DNA of 64,000 bases from an uncultured Spirochaetota bacterium (lineage in GTDB: Bacteria; Spirochaetota; Spirochaetia; SZUA-6; Fen-1364), in NCBI GenBank assembly GCA_963781885.1, contig CAWAHW010000002.1:160001-224000 (forward strand), written 5' to 3'. This document shows, one piece after another, positions 16,939 to 28,075 of the stretch (positions are counted from its first letter, which is position 1; every line of letters begins with the position of its first letter). The notes beneath the pieces were generated by a model. It ran no database searches. It was given only the letters and a program-made list of their open reading frames with translations, and was not told the origin of the DNA. The translations under genes and the position numbers were made by a program.

Positions 16939-18450
16939 ATGACGGCGGCAAGGTATCTCATGGGCATCGACAACGGCGGCACGGTGACAAAGGCCGGGAT
17001 CTACGACCCGACAGGGACCGAGATCGCCGTCTCCGCGGTGAAGACCGAGATGCGCTTTCCGATGCCCGGCCACGCTGAGAAGGACATGGACGCCTTGTGG
17101 GCGGCAAATGTGCGCGTGATCGGGGAGGCCATTCGCCGCGCGGGTATCGATGCGTCCCTGATCGCCGCCGTTGCCGTCACCGGACACGGCAATGGCATGT
17201 ACCTTGTCGCGGCCGATGGAAAACCGGCCTGGAACGGCATCAACTCCGCAGACAGCCGCGCCGCATCCTTCGTCGAGAAATGGTACGCGGACGGCACCTT
17301 TGAACGCATTCTTCCCCTGACGTGCCAGGCCATCTGGCCCGCACAACCCGCGGCGCTCCTTGCATGGTTCAAGGTGCATGAGCCGGAGGCGTATGCACGC
17401 GCGCGCTGGGTCTTCCAGTGCAAGGACTACATCCGCTATCGGCTCACGGGAGAGCCCTGCGCGGAGCTCACGGATTCGTCGGGCACCAGCCTCATGAATG
17501 TCCATACGCTCCGCTACGACCCGCGGGTGCTTGAGCTTTTCGGCATCTCCGATGCAATGGACAAGCTGCCTCCGGTGCGGCTGTCCTCCGACATCTGCGG
17601 CCGGGTGAGTCGCGACGCGGCGGTCGTCACCGGCCTTCGCGAAGGCACTCCCGTTGCCGGCGGGCTCTTCGACATCGACGCGTGCGCCCTGGCAACCGGA
17701 ATCACGGATTCAGAGAAGCTGTGCCTCATCGCCGGATCGTGGAGTATCAACGAATACATCAGCCCCATGCCAGTGGCATCGCCGGACCTTTTCATGACCT
17801 CCGCGTACTGCATCCCCGGTTACTGGCTGGAGAGCGAGGCGAGCGCCACCTCGGCGAGCAACCTCGAATGGTTCGTGACCGAGCTTATGGGCGGAGAGCG
17901 TGAGAAGGCCGAGGCGGCCGGGCGCTCCGTCTTCGCGCTGTGCAACGAAATGGTCGAATCGATCGCTCCGACCGTGGCCGACGTTCTCTTCCTGCCGTTC
18001 CTCTACGGAAGCAACGCGGGGGCGCATGCATCGGGCTGCTTCATCGGGCTCCACGGCTGGCACACCCGGGCGCACATGCTGCGCGCGGTCTACGAGGGGG
18101 TCGTCTTCTCGCACCGCACCCACGTCGAGCGCCTTCTGAAATTCCGTGATCGGCCGGGCGCGGCCCGGATCGCCGGCGGAGCCGCGAAGTCCGACGTCTG
18201 GGTGCAGATGTTCGCCGACGTGCTGCAGCTTCCCATCGAGATCACTGGCTCGGAAGAGCTGGGCGCCATGGGCGCGGCGATCTGCGCCGGGGTCGCCGTC
18301 GGCATGTTCGAAAGCTTCGGGGACGCCGTGGCGCGCATGGTGCACGTGGCGCGGACGGTGGAACCGGATCCCGGTCGCAAATCGGTCTATGACGGGAAAT
18401 ACGCCCGGTACCAGGGCTTTGTGCGAGCGCTGCGCGATGCCTGGAAATAA
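16939..18450 (+). CDS. FGGY carbohydrate kinase, L-xylulose/3-keto-L-gulonate kinase (LyxK)-like
   Basis: YLMGIDNGGT, TGHGNGMYL, CKDYIRYRLTG, GGLFDIDACA, AGSWSIN, FLPFLYGSN, AVYEGVVFSH; start may be 16912. Confidence 0.88.
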   Translation: MTAARYLMGIDNGGTVTKAGIYDPTGTEIAVSAVKTEMRFPMPGHAEKDMDALWAANVRVIGEAIRRAGIDASLIAAVAVTGHGNGMYLVAADGKPAWNGINSADSRAASFVEKWYADGTFERILPLTCQAIWPAQPAALLAWFKVHEPEAYARARWVFQCKDYIRYRLTGEPCAELTDSSGTSLMNVHTLRYDPRVLELFGISDAMDKLPPVRLSSDICGRVSRDAAVVTGLREGTPVAGGLFDIDACALATGITDSEKLCLIAGSWSINEYISPMPVASPDLFMTSAYCIPGYWLESEASATSASNLEWFVTELMGGEREKAEAAGRSVFALCNEMVESIAPTVADVLFLPFLYGSNAGAHASGCFIGLHGWHTRAHMLRAVYEGVVFSHRTHVERLLKFRDRPGAARIAGGAAKSDVWVQMFADVLQLPIEITGSEELGAMGAAICAGVAVGMFESFGDAVARMVHVARTVEPDPGRKSVYDGKYARYQGFVRALRDAWK

Positions 18451-19999
18451 GAGGACGTGCCTCGCGGGTATCGACCTCGGATCGACGAGTCTCAAATGCG
18501 TGATCTACGACCTCGCGGGCAATGTGGTGGCACGCGGGAGCCGTCCCACGGAGCGCCTGCATCCCGACGCCGCGCATCCTGACTGGACCGTGTGGGACCC
18601 TGCGCAGATATGGGGTGGCGCGGCCGCAGCCGCGCGGGAGGCGACAGGGTGTCTCGGCGACGCCGGGAGCATCGCCGCCGTGGCCGTCACGGGCATGGGC
18701 ATGGACGGTCTGCCGGTGGATGAGGACGGTGCGTGGCTCTATCCGTTCATCAGCTGGCTGTGCCCTCGGACGGAACCGCAGCACCAATGGTGGCGCGACA
18801 ACATCGGGGCGGAGCGGACCTTCGCCATCGGCGGAAACACGCTGTGGCGTTTCGGCACCGCCCTGCGCCTGCTCTGGATGGCCGCGCACGAACCGGCAAT
18901 CCTCGCCCGCACACACAAGTGGCTCCTGATCGAGGATTTCCTGAACTTCATGCTCTGCGGCAGCATGGCCACCGACTACAGCATGGCCTCGTGCACGATG
19001 CTCTTCGACCAGCGCGCGCGCGCGTGGTCGCCGGAGCTCCTCTCCCTGTCTTCGATCGACAGCGGCCTGCTTTGCGATCCCCGCCCCAGCGGCACGGTAC
19101 TGGGCGAGGTCACCGGGAGCGCCGCTTCCGCAACCGGCATCCCCGCCGGCACGCCGGTCGTGCTGGGGGGGCATGACTACCTCTGTGGCGCGCTGCCCGT
19201 CGGCGCCGTCGCCCCCGGCATGGCGCTCGACGTGACGGGGACCTGGGAGGTCGTTCACACCGCCATCCCCGCGCCTGTGCTGACGCCCGCGCTCCAGGCC
19301 GTGGGTGCGACGGTTGAATGCCACGTTGCACGCGACATGTATTCCGCCATGGGGGCCGCCGTATCGTCTGAAATGCTGGAATGGTACCGCCGGGAGTACG
19401 GGTCCGAGGCGAGTGCCCGATCCCGTGAGCGCGGCTGCGCCGACTGGGAGACGCTGATGGAGGAGGCCGCAGGATCGCCACCCGGCAGCAGGGGAGCGCT
19501 CTTCCTTCCCCACATGAGCGGCGCCGGGTGTCCGATCGTCGACACTCACTCGCGCGGCGGCTTCGTGGGTCTGAGCGACCGCACGACCCGGGGCGACATG
19601 CTGCGCGCGCTTATCGAGGGACTGGACTACCAGCTCCTGGACATCATCATCGCCCTGCAGGCGAACCTCGGGGTGGGCGTCTCCCGTCTCGTGGTCGTCG
19701 GCGGGGCGGCGCGCAATGCCTTCTGGATGCAGAACAAGGCCGACGTCATCGGACGGGTCATCGAGGTGTCGGAGATAGAGGACGCGAGCCCTCTGGGCGC
19801 CGCGATGCTCGCCGGCATCGGCGTGGGAATCTACCGGGATGAGAGAGATGCCTTCCAGCAGGTCCGCAAACCGATGAAAACCTTTGAGCCGGATACGGGC
19901 GCCGCGGCGCGCTACGCCGAGTGGTTCCCGCTCTACAAGGCCGTCTACCCGGCCCTCCGGCAGATCAACCACGCCGTCTCCGAAAGGGAGCCGGCATAA
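18437..19999 (+). CDS. FGGY carbohydrate kinase (fuculo-/xylulokinase-like)
   Basis: GIDLGSTSLK, TDYSMASCT, GGHDYLCG, GTWE, LFLPH, VVGGAARN, ASPLGAAMLAG. Confidence 0.9.
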   Translation: MPGNKRTCLAGIDLGSTSLKCVIYDLAGNVVARGSRPTERLHPDAAHPDWTVWDPAQIWGGAAAAAREATGCLGDAGSIAAVAVTGMGMDGLPVDEDGAWLYPFISWLCPRTEPQHQWWRDNIGAERTFAIGGNTLWRFGTALRLLWMAAHEPAILARTHKWLLIEDFLNFMLCGSMATDYSMASCTMLFDQRARAWSPELLSLSSIDSGLLCDPRPSGTVLGEVTGSAASATGIPAGTPVVLGGHDYLCGALPVGAVAPGMALDVTGTWEVVHTAIPAPVLTPALQAVGATVECHVARDMYSAMGAAVSSEMLEWYRREYGSEASARSRERGCADWETLMEEAAGSPPGSRGALFLPHMSGAGCPIVDTHSRGGFVGLSDRTTRGDMLRALIEGLDYQLLDIIIALQANLGVGVSRLVVVGGAARNAFWMQNKADVIGRVIEVSEIEDASPLGAAMLAGIGVGIYRDERDAFQQVRKPMKTFEPDTGAAARYAEWFPLYKAVYPALRQINHAVSEREPA

Positions 20000-20021
20000 A
20001 CAACACAGCAAGGAGAGTCCC

Positions 20022-20663
20022 GTGTACGAAGGAGAGAGACAACAGATCATTGACGTCGGCATCGCGCTCGACCGCTATCGTCTCATCAGCCTCTCGGGAG
20101 GAAATGTGAGCATGAGGATCGGGCGGCACATCCTCGTCACGCCGTCAGGCATGTCCTACGAGACGCTGGTGCCGGCCGACGTCGTGGTGATGGACGCGAC
20201 GGGCACGGTGATCGAAGGGGAGCGGCGTCCGTCGGTGGACACCGTTGCACTGCTGCACATCTTCAACCACATGCCGGGAGTGAATGCGGTCATCCACACG
20301 CACCAGCCCTACGCCACCGCCATCGGGCTGGTCATGGACGAGCTTCCCGCTTTCTGCACGACGCTCGTGAATGCCACGCTCGGCGCCGTGACCGTGGCTC
20401 CGTACAGCTCCGCCGCGAGCCTGGACATGGGGGTGCGCACCGTGGAATACATCGGCGACAAACGCGCCGTCATCCTTCGCAACCACGGTGTGGTCACCCT
20501 CGGTCCGTCCCTCAAGGATGCTCTCTATGCCGCCGTATACCTGGAAGACGCATCGCGCTCCTACTGCGCCGCGTGCACCATGGGGAAGCCGCGGTCCTTG
20601 ACGCCCGCCCAGGTCGACGAGGCCGTGGAATCATTCCGACACTACGGCCAGGGAAAGAAGTAG
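20022..20663 (+). CDS. Class II aldolase/adducin family, L-ribulose-5-phosphate 4-epimerase (AraD)-like
   Basis: GGNVS, VTPSG, PSVD (Asp as in AraD rather than Glu as in FucA), HTH, RNHG; GTG after AAGGAG. Confidence 0.85.
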   Translation: MYEGERQQIIDVGIALDRYRLISLSGGNVSMRIGRHILVTPSGMSYETLVPADVVVMDATGTVIEGERRPSVDTVALLHIFNHMPGVNAVIHTHQPYATAIGLVMDELPAFCTTLVNATLGAVTVAPYSSAASLDMGVRTVEYIGDKRAVILRNHGVVTLGPSLKDALYAAVYLEDASRSYCAACTMGKPRSLTPAQVDEAVESFRHYGQGKK

Positions 20664-20672
20664 GCGGACGGC

Positions 20673-21551
20673 ATGGCCGGATCCGGCGCGCCGGGCGCCT
20701 TCACCGACGCGAGCTTCCGCTGGGGCATCTACGAAAAGGCGCTGCCCGCGGGCGTGTCGTGGCCTGCCATGCTTTCCGCGGCGGCGGCGGCGGGCTACCG
20801 GTTCGTCGAGATCTCCGTCGATGAAAGCGACGAGCGGCTCGCACGGCTGGAATGGACTCCCGGCCAGCGACGCGACTTCCACAAGGCCCTTGCCGGCGGC
20901 CCCGTTTCTGTGGACACGATGTGCCTGAGCGGGCATCGCAGGTTCGCCCTGGGAAGCGCATCAAAACCTCAGCGAGAGAGGGCGCTTGAGATCATGCGGC
21001 GCGCAATCGATTTTGCCGCGGAGTTCGGCGTCCGCATCATCCAGGTGGCGGGCTACGACGTGCATTACGAACAGTCCACCGATGAGACCCGGGCCCTCTA
21101 TGCCGATGCGATTGCGCGCGCCGCCGAATGGGCGCGTCGATCCTGCGTCATGCTCGCGCTGGAAAACGTGGATTGCCCGGTCGTGGATTCGATCGAGGCG
21201 GCCCTTCGGTTCGTGCAGGCCGCCGATACCCCCTGGTTTCAGGTCTACCCCGACATCGGAAACCTCGCGGCGATGGGCAAGGACGTGGGGCGCGAGCTTC
21301 TCCTGGGTAGCCGCCACCTCGTCGGGCTCCATCTGAAGGACACGCGCCGCGGCGAGTTCCGGAGGGTGCCCTTCGGCGAAGGGATCGTGGACTTCGACGC
21401 GGCATTCAGGACCTTGAAGCTGATCGGTTTTCGCGGGCCCTTGATGGTGGAGATGTGGAACGAAGCGGCGGTCGATCCGGTTGCGGTCGCCGCCCAGGCG
21501 CGGCAGTGGTTGGGGGAGAAGCTGCGAAAGGCTTTCGCGAGAGAGGATTGA
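20673..21551 (+). CDS. ulaE: L-xylulose-5-phosphate 3-epimerase (UlaE/SgbU)
   Basis: GIYEKALP, FVEISVDESDERLARLEW, MCLSGHRRF.LGS, IQVAGYDV.YE, YPDIGNL, HLKDT, VPFGEG.VDF, EMW. Confidence 0.9.
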   Translation: MAGSGAPGAFTDASFRWGIYEKALPAGVSWPAMLSAAAAAGYRFVEISVDESDERLARLEWTPGQRRDFHKALAGGPVSVDTMCLSGHRRFALGSASKPQRERALEIMRRAIDFAAEFGVRIIQVAGYDVHYEQSTDETRALYADAIARAAEWARRSCVMLALENVDCPVVDSIEAALRFVQAADTPWFQVYPDIGNLAAMGKDVGRELLLGSRHLVGLHLKDTRRGEFRRVPFGEGIVDFDAAFRTLKLIGFRGPLMVEMWNEAAVDPVAVAAQARQWLGEKLRKAFARED

Positions 21552-21560
21552 CGCGGCCGT

Positions 21561-24500
21561 TCAGCTCCGCGTTGCCGGCGCCTCTCTTGCGGAAGCGATC
21601 AGGAGCTTCAGCCTGTTGAGCTGATTGACTTCACTGGCGCCGGGGTCATAGTCGATGGCGGCGATGGAGGCCTCGGGATGTCTCCTGCGCAGCTCCCGGA
21701 TCATGCCCTTGCCCGGTGACGTGATTGGGAAGGCACGCGAAGGGCTGGATGCAGGCAATCGCGTTCACCCCGTCGTGAATGAGCTCCACCATCTCGGCCG
21801 TCAGGAACCATCCCTCACCGGTCACGTTTCCTAGCTGCACGACATCGTCCACGCCCCGCGCGAGCTCGTAGATCGAAACGGGCGGATGGAAACGGTGCGA
21901 CCGGGCAAGTGAGCGCCTCTGCTGGCCGCGGAAAAGCTCGAGGCCCCAGATCCCCAGGCGTGACATAATCGCCGCGCGCGCGCTGCCGGCGAGCTTCCGG
22001 CGTCGGAACTGTGCGCCCATCGCCCCGTAGAGCAGGAAGTCCGCGAGGTCCGGCACCACCGCCTCAGCTCCCTCCGATTCGATGGCCTCCACGATGCGAT
22101 TGTTCGCCGTCGGGTGGAACTTCACGAGGATTTCGCCGACGACCCCGACACGGGTCCGGCGCGCGCCATGGATCGGCAGGCCGTCGAAATCGCGCACCAT
22201 GGCGCGTATCGTGCGGCGGTAGGCCCGAAAGCCGTGCCGCTCCAGGGATGACGCGCAGCGCGCGGTCCAGAAATCGGCCAGACGCTGCGCGGAGCCCGTC
22301 TCCACCTCATACGGCCGCACCCGGTAGAGCATGCGCATGAGCAGGTCGCCATACATGAGGGCCATGAGACCCCGGGTGACGAGCCTCCAGGAAAGCCGGA
22401 AGCCCGGGTTCTTCTCCAGTCCGAGCGCGTTCAGCGAAATGACCGGTACGTGCGCCATGCCCGCGTCGGCGAGCGCCTTGCGGATGAAGGCGATGTAATT
22501 CGTCGCCCGACAGCCGCCGCCGGTCTGTGACATGAGGAGCGCCGTGCGCGACAGGTCATAGCGGCCCGAGCGCAGGGCCGCCATCATCTGCCCCACGACG
22601 AGGATGGACGGGAAACAGGCGTCGTTGTTGACGGAGGAGAGCCCTTCATTCACCGCGCCGCGGTCCACTTCCGGCAGGATTTCCAGGCGGTAGCCGGAGA
22701 TCCTGAACGCGTGCTCGATGATGCGGAAATGAAGGGGCGACATCTGCGGCGCGAGGATCGTGTAATCCTGCCGCATCGCCTTTGTGAACACGGGTCGGGG
22801 CCGGGAGCCGCGGCGGCGCGCGGCCGCGCTCCTGTCCTTTCCCGGGCGTCCAGCGCAGCCTTCAGGGAGCGCAGGCGGATGCGCACGGCGCCGAGATTCG
22901 ACTGCTCGTCGATCTTGATGACCGTGTGTATCCTGCCGCGCTGGTCGAGTATCTCCATCACCTGGTCGGTGGTGACCGCATCCAGGCCGCACCCGAATGA
23001 ATTGAGCTGCACGAGCGCCAAGTCATCCTGCTCCGCCACGAAGCTTGCCGCGGCGTACAGCCGGGTATGGTAGACCCACTGGTCCACGACGCGCAGCGGC
23101 CGCCGCACCGTGCCGAGGTGAGCGACGGAATCCTCCGTGAGAACGGGCATGCCCAGGGAGAGGGCGAGCTCCGCGATGCCGTGATTCACCTCGGGGTCCA
23201 GGTGGTAGGGGCGACCCGCGAGCACCAGCCCGCGCAGGCCGCGTCGGCGTATCTCGGCAAGCGCCCGTTCTCCCTGCGCGCGGACCTCCGCCTTGAACCG
23301 GGCCTGCTCGGCCTTGCCGGCCGCCACCGCGCGGGCCGCCTCCTCCCGCGTCACGCCGGCCCATGCGAGCTCTTCCTGCAGCCTCACGGCGAGCCGCTTC
23401 GCGTCGTGCAAGGGCAGGAAGGGATTTGCGTAGCGCGGCCCGGCGTGCTCGGATCCTGGTGCGCCCGGCCGCGGCCGGATACCGTCGATGTTGTTCAGCA
23501 CCACCTCGGGGTAGGAGGCGACGATGGGGCAGTTGAAGTGATTGCGCGCCCCCGGATCCTCCTTCGGGTTGTGGGGGATGCAAGGGTAGAAGATGAAGGG
23601 CACACCCTGCTGCAGAAGCCGCGCGATGTGCCCGTGCACGAGCTTGCCGGGGTAACAGACGGACTCTGACGGTATCGTTTCGATGCCCGCCTCGAAGACG
23701 GCGCGGTTGGAGCGCGGCGACAGGTGCACCGAGAAACCCAGCGCGGTGAGGGCGGTGAACCAGAAGGGGTAGTCTTCATACAGGTTCAGCACGCGCGGGA
23801 TGCCGACGACGCCGCGCGGCGCCGCGGCCGGATCCAGCGGCGCGTAGTGGAAGAGCCTCTCGTACTTCCAGGCATAGAGGTTGGGAAGGGGCGCGGCCGA
23901 TGCCGCCGCGGCGGCGTTGGTCGCCGTATGCCCCGGGGCGCGCGCGGCGCCGCGCTCGCATCGGTTGCCGGAGATGAACGTGCCCTGTCCTCCGCTGCCG
24001 TCGGGGAAGCTCGTGATGGTGAGCAGGCAGTTGTTCGCGCAGCGCCCGCAGCGCGACAGGGTCGTGCGCGTCGTGAAGGACGCCAGGCGATCCAGGTCCA
24101 GGAGGCTGCTGCGCTGCCCGTCGCGTGCGCCGTCCCGCGCGACAAGGGCGGCACCGAGTGCGCCCATGAGACCGGGTATGTCCGGTCGGACCGCCTCCCG
24201 GCCCGCGATCAGCTCGAAGGCGCGCAGCACGGCGTCGTTGGAGAATGTCCCGCCCTGCACGACCACACGGGCGCCCAGCTCCGAAGGGTTTCGCAGCCTG
24301 ATCACTTTCTGCAGCGCGTTGCGGATCACCGCGTAGGAAAGACCGGCGGAGATGTCCCCCATGGAGGCGCCCTCTTTCTGCGCCTGCTTCACGCGGGAGT
24401 TCATGAAGACGGTGCACCGCGAGCCGAGGTCCACCGGCGTGCGCGCCTGCAACGCCTCCCGCGCAAAGGCCTCGATGGACAGCCCCAGCCCGTGGGCGAA

Positions 24501-25881
24501 TGTCTCCAGGAAGGATCCGCACCCCGACGAGCATGCCTCGTTCAGCAGCACGGACGAGATCGCCCCGTCGCGCACGCGCAGGAACTTCATGTCCTGGCCG
24601 CCGATGTCGAGGATGGCGTCCACGCCGGGCAAGGAAGCGCGCCGCGGCGGTGTAGTGCGCGATGGTTTCCACTTCGCCCGTGTCCATGCCGAGCGCCGCG
24701 GTGATCAGCGCCTCGCCGTACCCGGTGGCGCAGGACCGCGCGATCCACGCCGCTGCCGGCAAAGCCCGGCGCAGCTCCGTCGCCATGCGCACGGCGAGCG
24801 CGAGCGGGCTTCCGCCATTGGCCGCGTACGACGACCAGGCAAGCGCCCCGGTCGAATCGACGAGCACCGCCTTGGTCGTGGTGGATCCGGCATCGATGCC
24901 GAGGAAGCAGGGACCCGTCACGGCGGCAAGGTCAACCCGGCGCGTGCGCGCCAGGCCGTGCCGCGCGCGGAAGGCGGACAGCGCCGCTTCATCGGCGAAC
25001 AGGGGCCGCAGGCGCTCCACCTCGGGGGAGGATTCGTGGCAGAGCCCGCGCGCGCGTTCGCGCAGCTCGCCCAATGTCACCGTGGCGCCGACGGGAGCCG
25101 CCATGGCAGCACCCATGGCGACGAAGAGATGCGCGTGCGCGGGCACCCGCACCTTTTCCGGGGCAAGCCGGAGCGTCTCGATGAACAGCCGCCGGGTCTC
25201 GGGCAGGAAGTGCAGCGGTCCGCCGAGGAAGGCCACCGTGCCGCGGATGGGCTTGCCGCAGGCCAGCCCCCCGATGGTCTGGTTCACCACCGCCTGGAGG
25301 ATGCTCGCGGCGATGTCCTCCCGGCGCGCCCCTTCGTTGATGAGCGGCTGCACGTCGGTCTTTGCGAATACCCCGCAGCGCGCGGCGATGGGGTAGATGG
25401 TCGTGTGCCCGGCCGCAAGCTCGTTGAGACCCGCCGCATCCGTGGAGAGGAGCGACGCCATCTGGTCGATGAACGCGCCCGTGCCGCCGGCGCAGGTCCC
25501 GTTCATGCGCTGCTCGAGGCCGCCCGTGAAGTAGGTGATCTTCGCGTCCTCGCCGCCCAGCTCGATGGCGACGTCCGTGTCCGGGAGGGTCTTCTGCACG
25601 GCGCGCGCGCCGGCGATCACCTCCTGCACGAAAGGGATCCCCAGCCACCGCGAGACGGTGAGCCCTCCTGAGCCCGTCATCGCAACGCTGAGGAGCTGCC
25701 CCCCGCCCGCGGATTCAAGTGAGTCGCAGGCCGCCTCGATCACGGCGACGAGCGTGCCGCGGACGTCGGCCTTGTGGCGCTGGTAGGTGTGGTAGAGGAG
25801 GGCGTCATCCGCGCCGAGCGCGACGAGCTTCACGGTTGTGGATCCGACGTCGATGCCGACCCGGAGGGCGGGGGGTCTCAC
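21561..25881 (-). CDS. Multidomain 2-hydroxyacyl-CoA dehydratase activase-related protein (2x BcrAD/BadFG ATPase + DUF2229 + C-terminal domain); three apparent frameshifts
   Basis: [27 protein letters not shown]; [24 protein letters not shown]; [60 protein letters not shown] spread over 4 ORFs with breaks near 24635, 22810, 21713. Confidence 0.85.
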
Positions 25882-26471
25882 GAGGCCTCGGGCTCCTTCA
25901 CCCAGTAATCGCGGCCTCCGCCCTCCCGATCCATGAACCCGTACTCCACGAGGCTGCGGCGCAGGCGCGCCGTGTCGTCGTTGTAGCGCAGGAGGATCTG
26001 GTTCACCTTCTTTTCGCTGTAGCGCACGCCGGGCTGGAACTCGCGCAGCACGTGCCGCAGGAGAACGAGGTATTTCTTCTCCTGGGTGGGAAAGGCGGTG
26101 AACCTGCCGTCGGGACCGGTGAAACTGGCGAGCACCTTCTTGTCGAAGGATCCAAGGTCGATGCCTTTCGCGAGCTCGGGCAGGCGCTCCGTGCGCAGGA
26201 GCCGACGCGCCATGCCGGAAAGCGCCTCGAGCTTCAGCGAGTAGATGCTGTAGTGCCCCTCGGCGCGCGCGCTCACGAGCTCCGCCTCCGCAAGACGGGA
26301 GAGATGATGGGACACCGTGGATTCCCCCAGGCCCAGGAGCGCAGAGAGCTGCTCAACCGTGTAGGCGCGTTGGGAGAGGAGCCCCACGATCTTCAGCCTG
26401 TTCGCGTCCGCGAGGGCGCGAAAGAATCCGAGAAGCTCGGCATTCGGTATTTCGTTCGTTTCTATGGGCAT
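25878..26471 (-). CDS. ArsR-family HTH regulator fused to DUF2087
   Basis: FRALADANRLKIVGLL, STVSHHLSRL; C-terminal FP..EKK, YSEKKVNQIL, D.A.LRR.LVEYG.M.RE. Confidence 0.88.
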   Translation of the reverse strand: MPIETNEIPNAELLGFFRALADANRLKIVGLLSQRAYTVEQLSALLGLGESTVSHHLSRLAEAELVSARAEGHYSIYSLKLEALSGMARRLLRTERLPELAKGIDLGSFDKKVLASFTGPDGRFTAFPTQEKKYLVLLRHVLREFQPGVRYSEKKVNQILLRYNDDTARLRRSLVEYGFMDREGGGRDYWVKEPEAS

Positions 26472-26502
26472 GAAATCAATTTGACATACATCGAATCGAC
26501 TG

Positions 26503-26769
26503 TCAAGCGCGAAGCGCCGCCTGCATATGACCCGAAAAAGAGACGGCCGCGATCTGCGACGCCTGCCTGCCGCTCGTGGCAAGAAGCTCCCGCGTCGATG
26601 CGCAGAACGCGTCCCAGTAGTCGCGTGCATCCTGCTCGGCCCAGCCGGGGTGCGGATACTGGGTGGGATAGGATGCGGAGGCCGAGCCGATCAGCCTGCC
26701 CCGGGCGTCGAAGAGTGTCGCCTTGTCGCCCGTGGTGCCCAGGTCGTGGGCGAGTATCAGGTCCGCCAT
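26503..26769 (-). pseudogene. Truncated FGGY (xylulokinase-like) kinase, N-terminal 88 aa only
   Basis: ILAHDLGTTGDKA...YPHPGWAEQD...SFSGHMQ then stop; next gene begins 32 bp later, leaving no room for the remainder. Confidence 0.8.
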
Positions 26770-26869
26770 TTGCGCAGTATAGCACCCGGGCGCGCCGCGC
26801 GCGCGTCCGACCGAGCGGGACGAACGCTGCGCTTGCCGACCGGGCTGCGATCGGGGCATACTCACGGGC

Positions 26870-28075
26870 ATGCCGATAACAAGTGCACACGTGATTGCTG
26901 CGGCGCGGGCTCATCGCGACGCGACCGCCCGGACTCTCTCCTCCATCGTGCAAATACCCTCCTTCAGCGGCAAGGAGGAGGCGGTGTGCCGGAAGATCGC
27001 CGCGCTCTGCACGGAGGCGGGCCTGGACGAGGTCCGCATCGACGGGCTGGGTAATGTGATTGCCCGCGTCGGCAAAGGGCCGCGGAAGATCGTCTTTGAC
27101 GCGCACATCGACACCGTCGGGGTGGGGGACCCGTCGCGCTGGGCCACCGATCCGTTCTCCGGTCTCATCCGCGACGGGCTGGTGCTCGGCCGCGGCACGT
27201 CGGATCAGAAAGGCGGAGCCGCGGCCATGATCGCGGCGGCCCGCATCCTGAAAGAGACCGGCTATGACGGGGTATTCAGCGTCTACTTCACCTTCACGGT
27301 GCTGGAGGAGGACTGCGACGGCCTGTGTTGGCGCTACCTCATCGAGAAGGAGGGGCTGCGGCCGCAATTCGCCGTCTCCACGGAGCCGACGAGCTGCCGC
27401 CTGTATCGCGGCCATCGCGGGCGGATGGAGATCGAGGCGCAGGTGCGGGGCATCTCCGCGCACGGCTCGGCGCCCGAGCGCGGGGAGAGCGCCGCCTACA
27501 AGACCGCCCGCGCGGCGCTCGCCGTGGAACGGATGAACGAGACGCTTGCCACGGACGAGTTCCTGGGCAAGGGGACGGCCGTGGTTTCCCGCATCGATGC
27601 GCACGGGCCCAGCCAGTGCGCGGTCCCCGATCAGGGCTCGCTCTACATCGACCGCAGGCTCACGTGGGGGGAGACCGCCGACCAGGCGCTCGCCCAAGTG
27701 CGGAACGCCATGGCAGGCGACGTGGAAAAGGTGGCCATGCCCCGGTACGAAGGCAGGGGATGGAACGGCGCGCGATACGACCAGGACCTGTATTTCCCGA
27801 CGTGGAAGATCGCGGAGGATCACCCGCTCGTCACAGGAGGCCGTGAGGCGTACCACGCGCTTTTCGGCCGGCAGCCCGAGGTCGGCAAGTGGACGTTCAG
27901 CACGAATTGCGTGGCCATTTGCGGCGTGCACGGGATCCCCTGCATCGGTTTCGGCCCCGGCGACGAGGACAAGGCCCACGCGCCGAACGAGCAGACGCGC
28001 ATTGATGACCTCGTGACCTGCAGCGCCTTCTACGCCATGCTCCCGCTCGTGCTGGAGGAGAGGAGCGGGGGCTGA
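26870..28075 (+). CDS. ygeY: YgeY family M20 metallo-hydrolase
   Basis: FDAHIDTVGVG, GRGTSDQKGG, EEDCDGLCW, TEPT..LYRGHRGRMEI, HGSAPERG, DRRLTWGE, KWTFSTN, GFGPG.E..AH. Confidence 0.9.
   Translation: MPITSAHVIAAARAHRDATARTLSSIVQIPSFSGKEEAVCRKIAALCTEAGLDEVRIDGLGNVIARVGKGPRKIVFDAHIDTVGVGDPSRWATDPFSGLIRDGLVLGRGTSDQKGGAAAMIAAARILKETGYDGVFSVYFTFTVLEEDCDGLCWRYLIEKEGLRPQFAVSTEPTSCRLYRGHRGRMEIEAQVRGISAHGSAPERGESAAYKTARAALAVERMNETLATDEFLGKGTAVVSRIDAHGPSQCAVPDQGSLYIDRRLTWGETADQALAQVRNAMAGDVEKVAMPRYEGRGWNGARYDQDLYFPTWKIAEDHPLVTGGREAYHALFGRQPEVGKWTFSTNCVAICGVHGIPCIGFGPGDEDKAHAPNEQTRIDDLVTCSAFYAMLPLVLEERSGG

Noticed and set aside
21561-25881. Programmed frameshifting or a four-gene operon in the activase
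   Set aside because: Breaks fall mid-domain without slippery sites or RBSs and match the window-wide indel error pattern.
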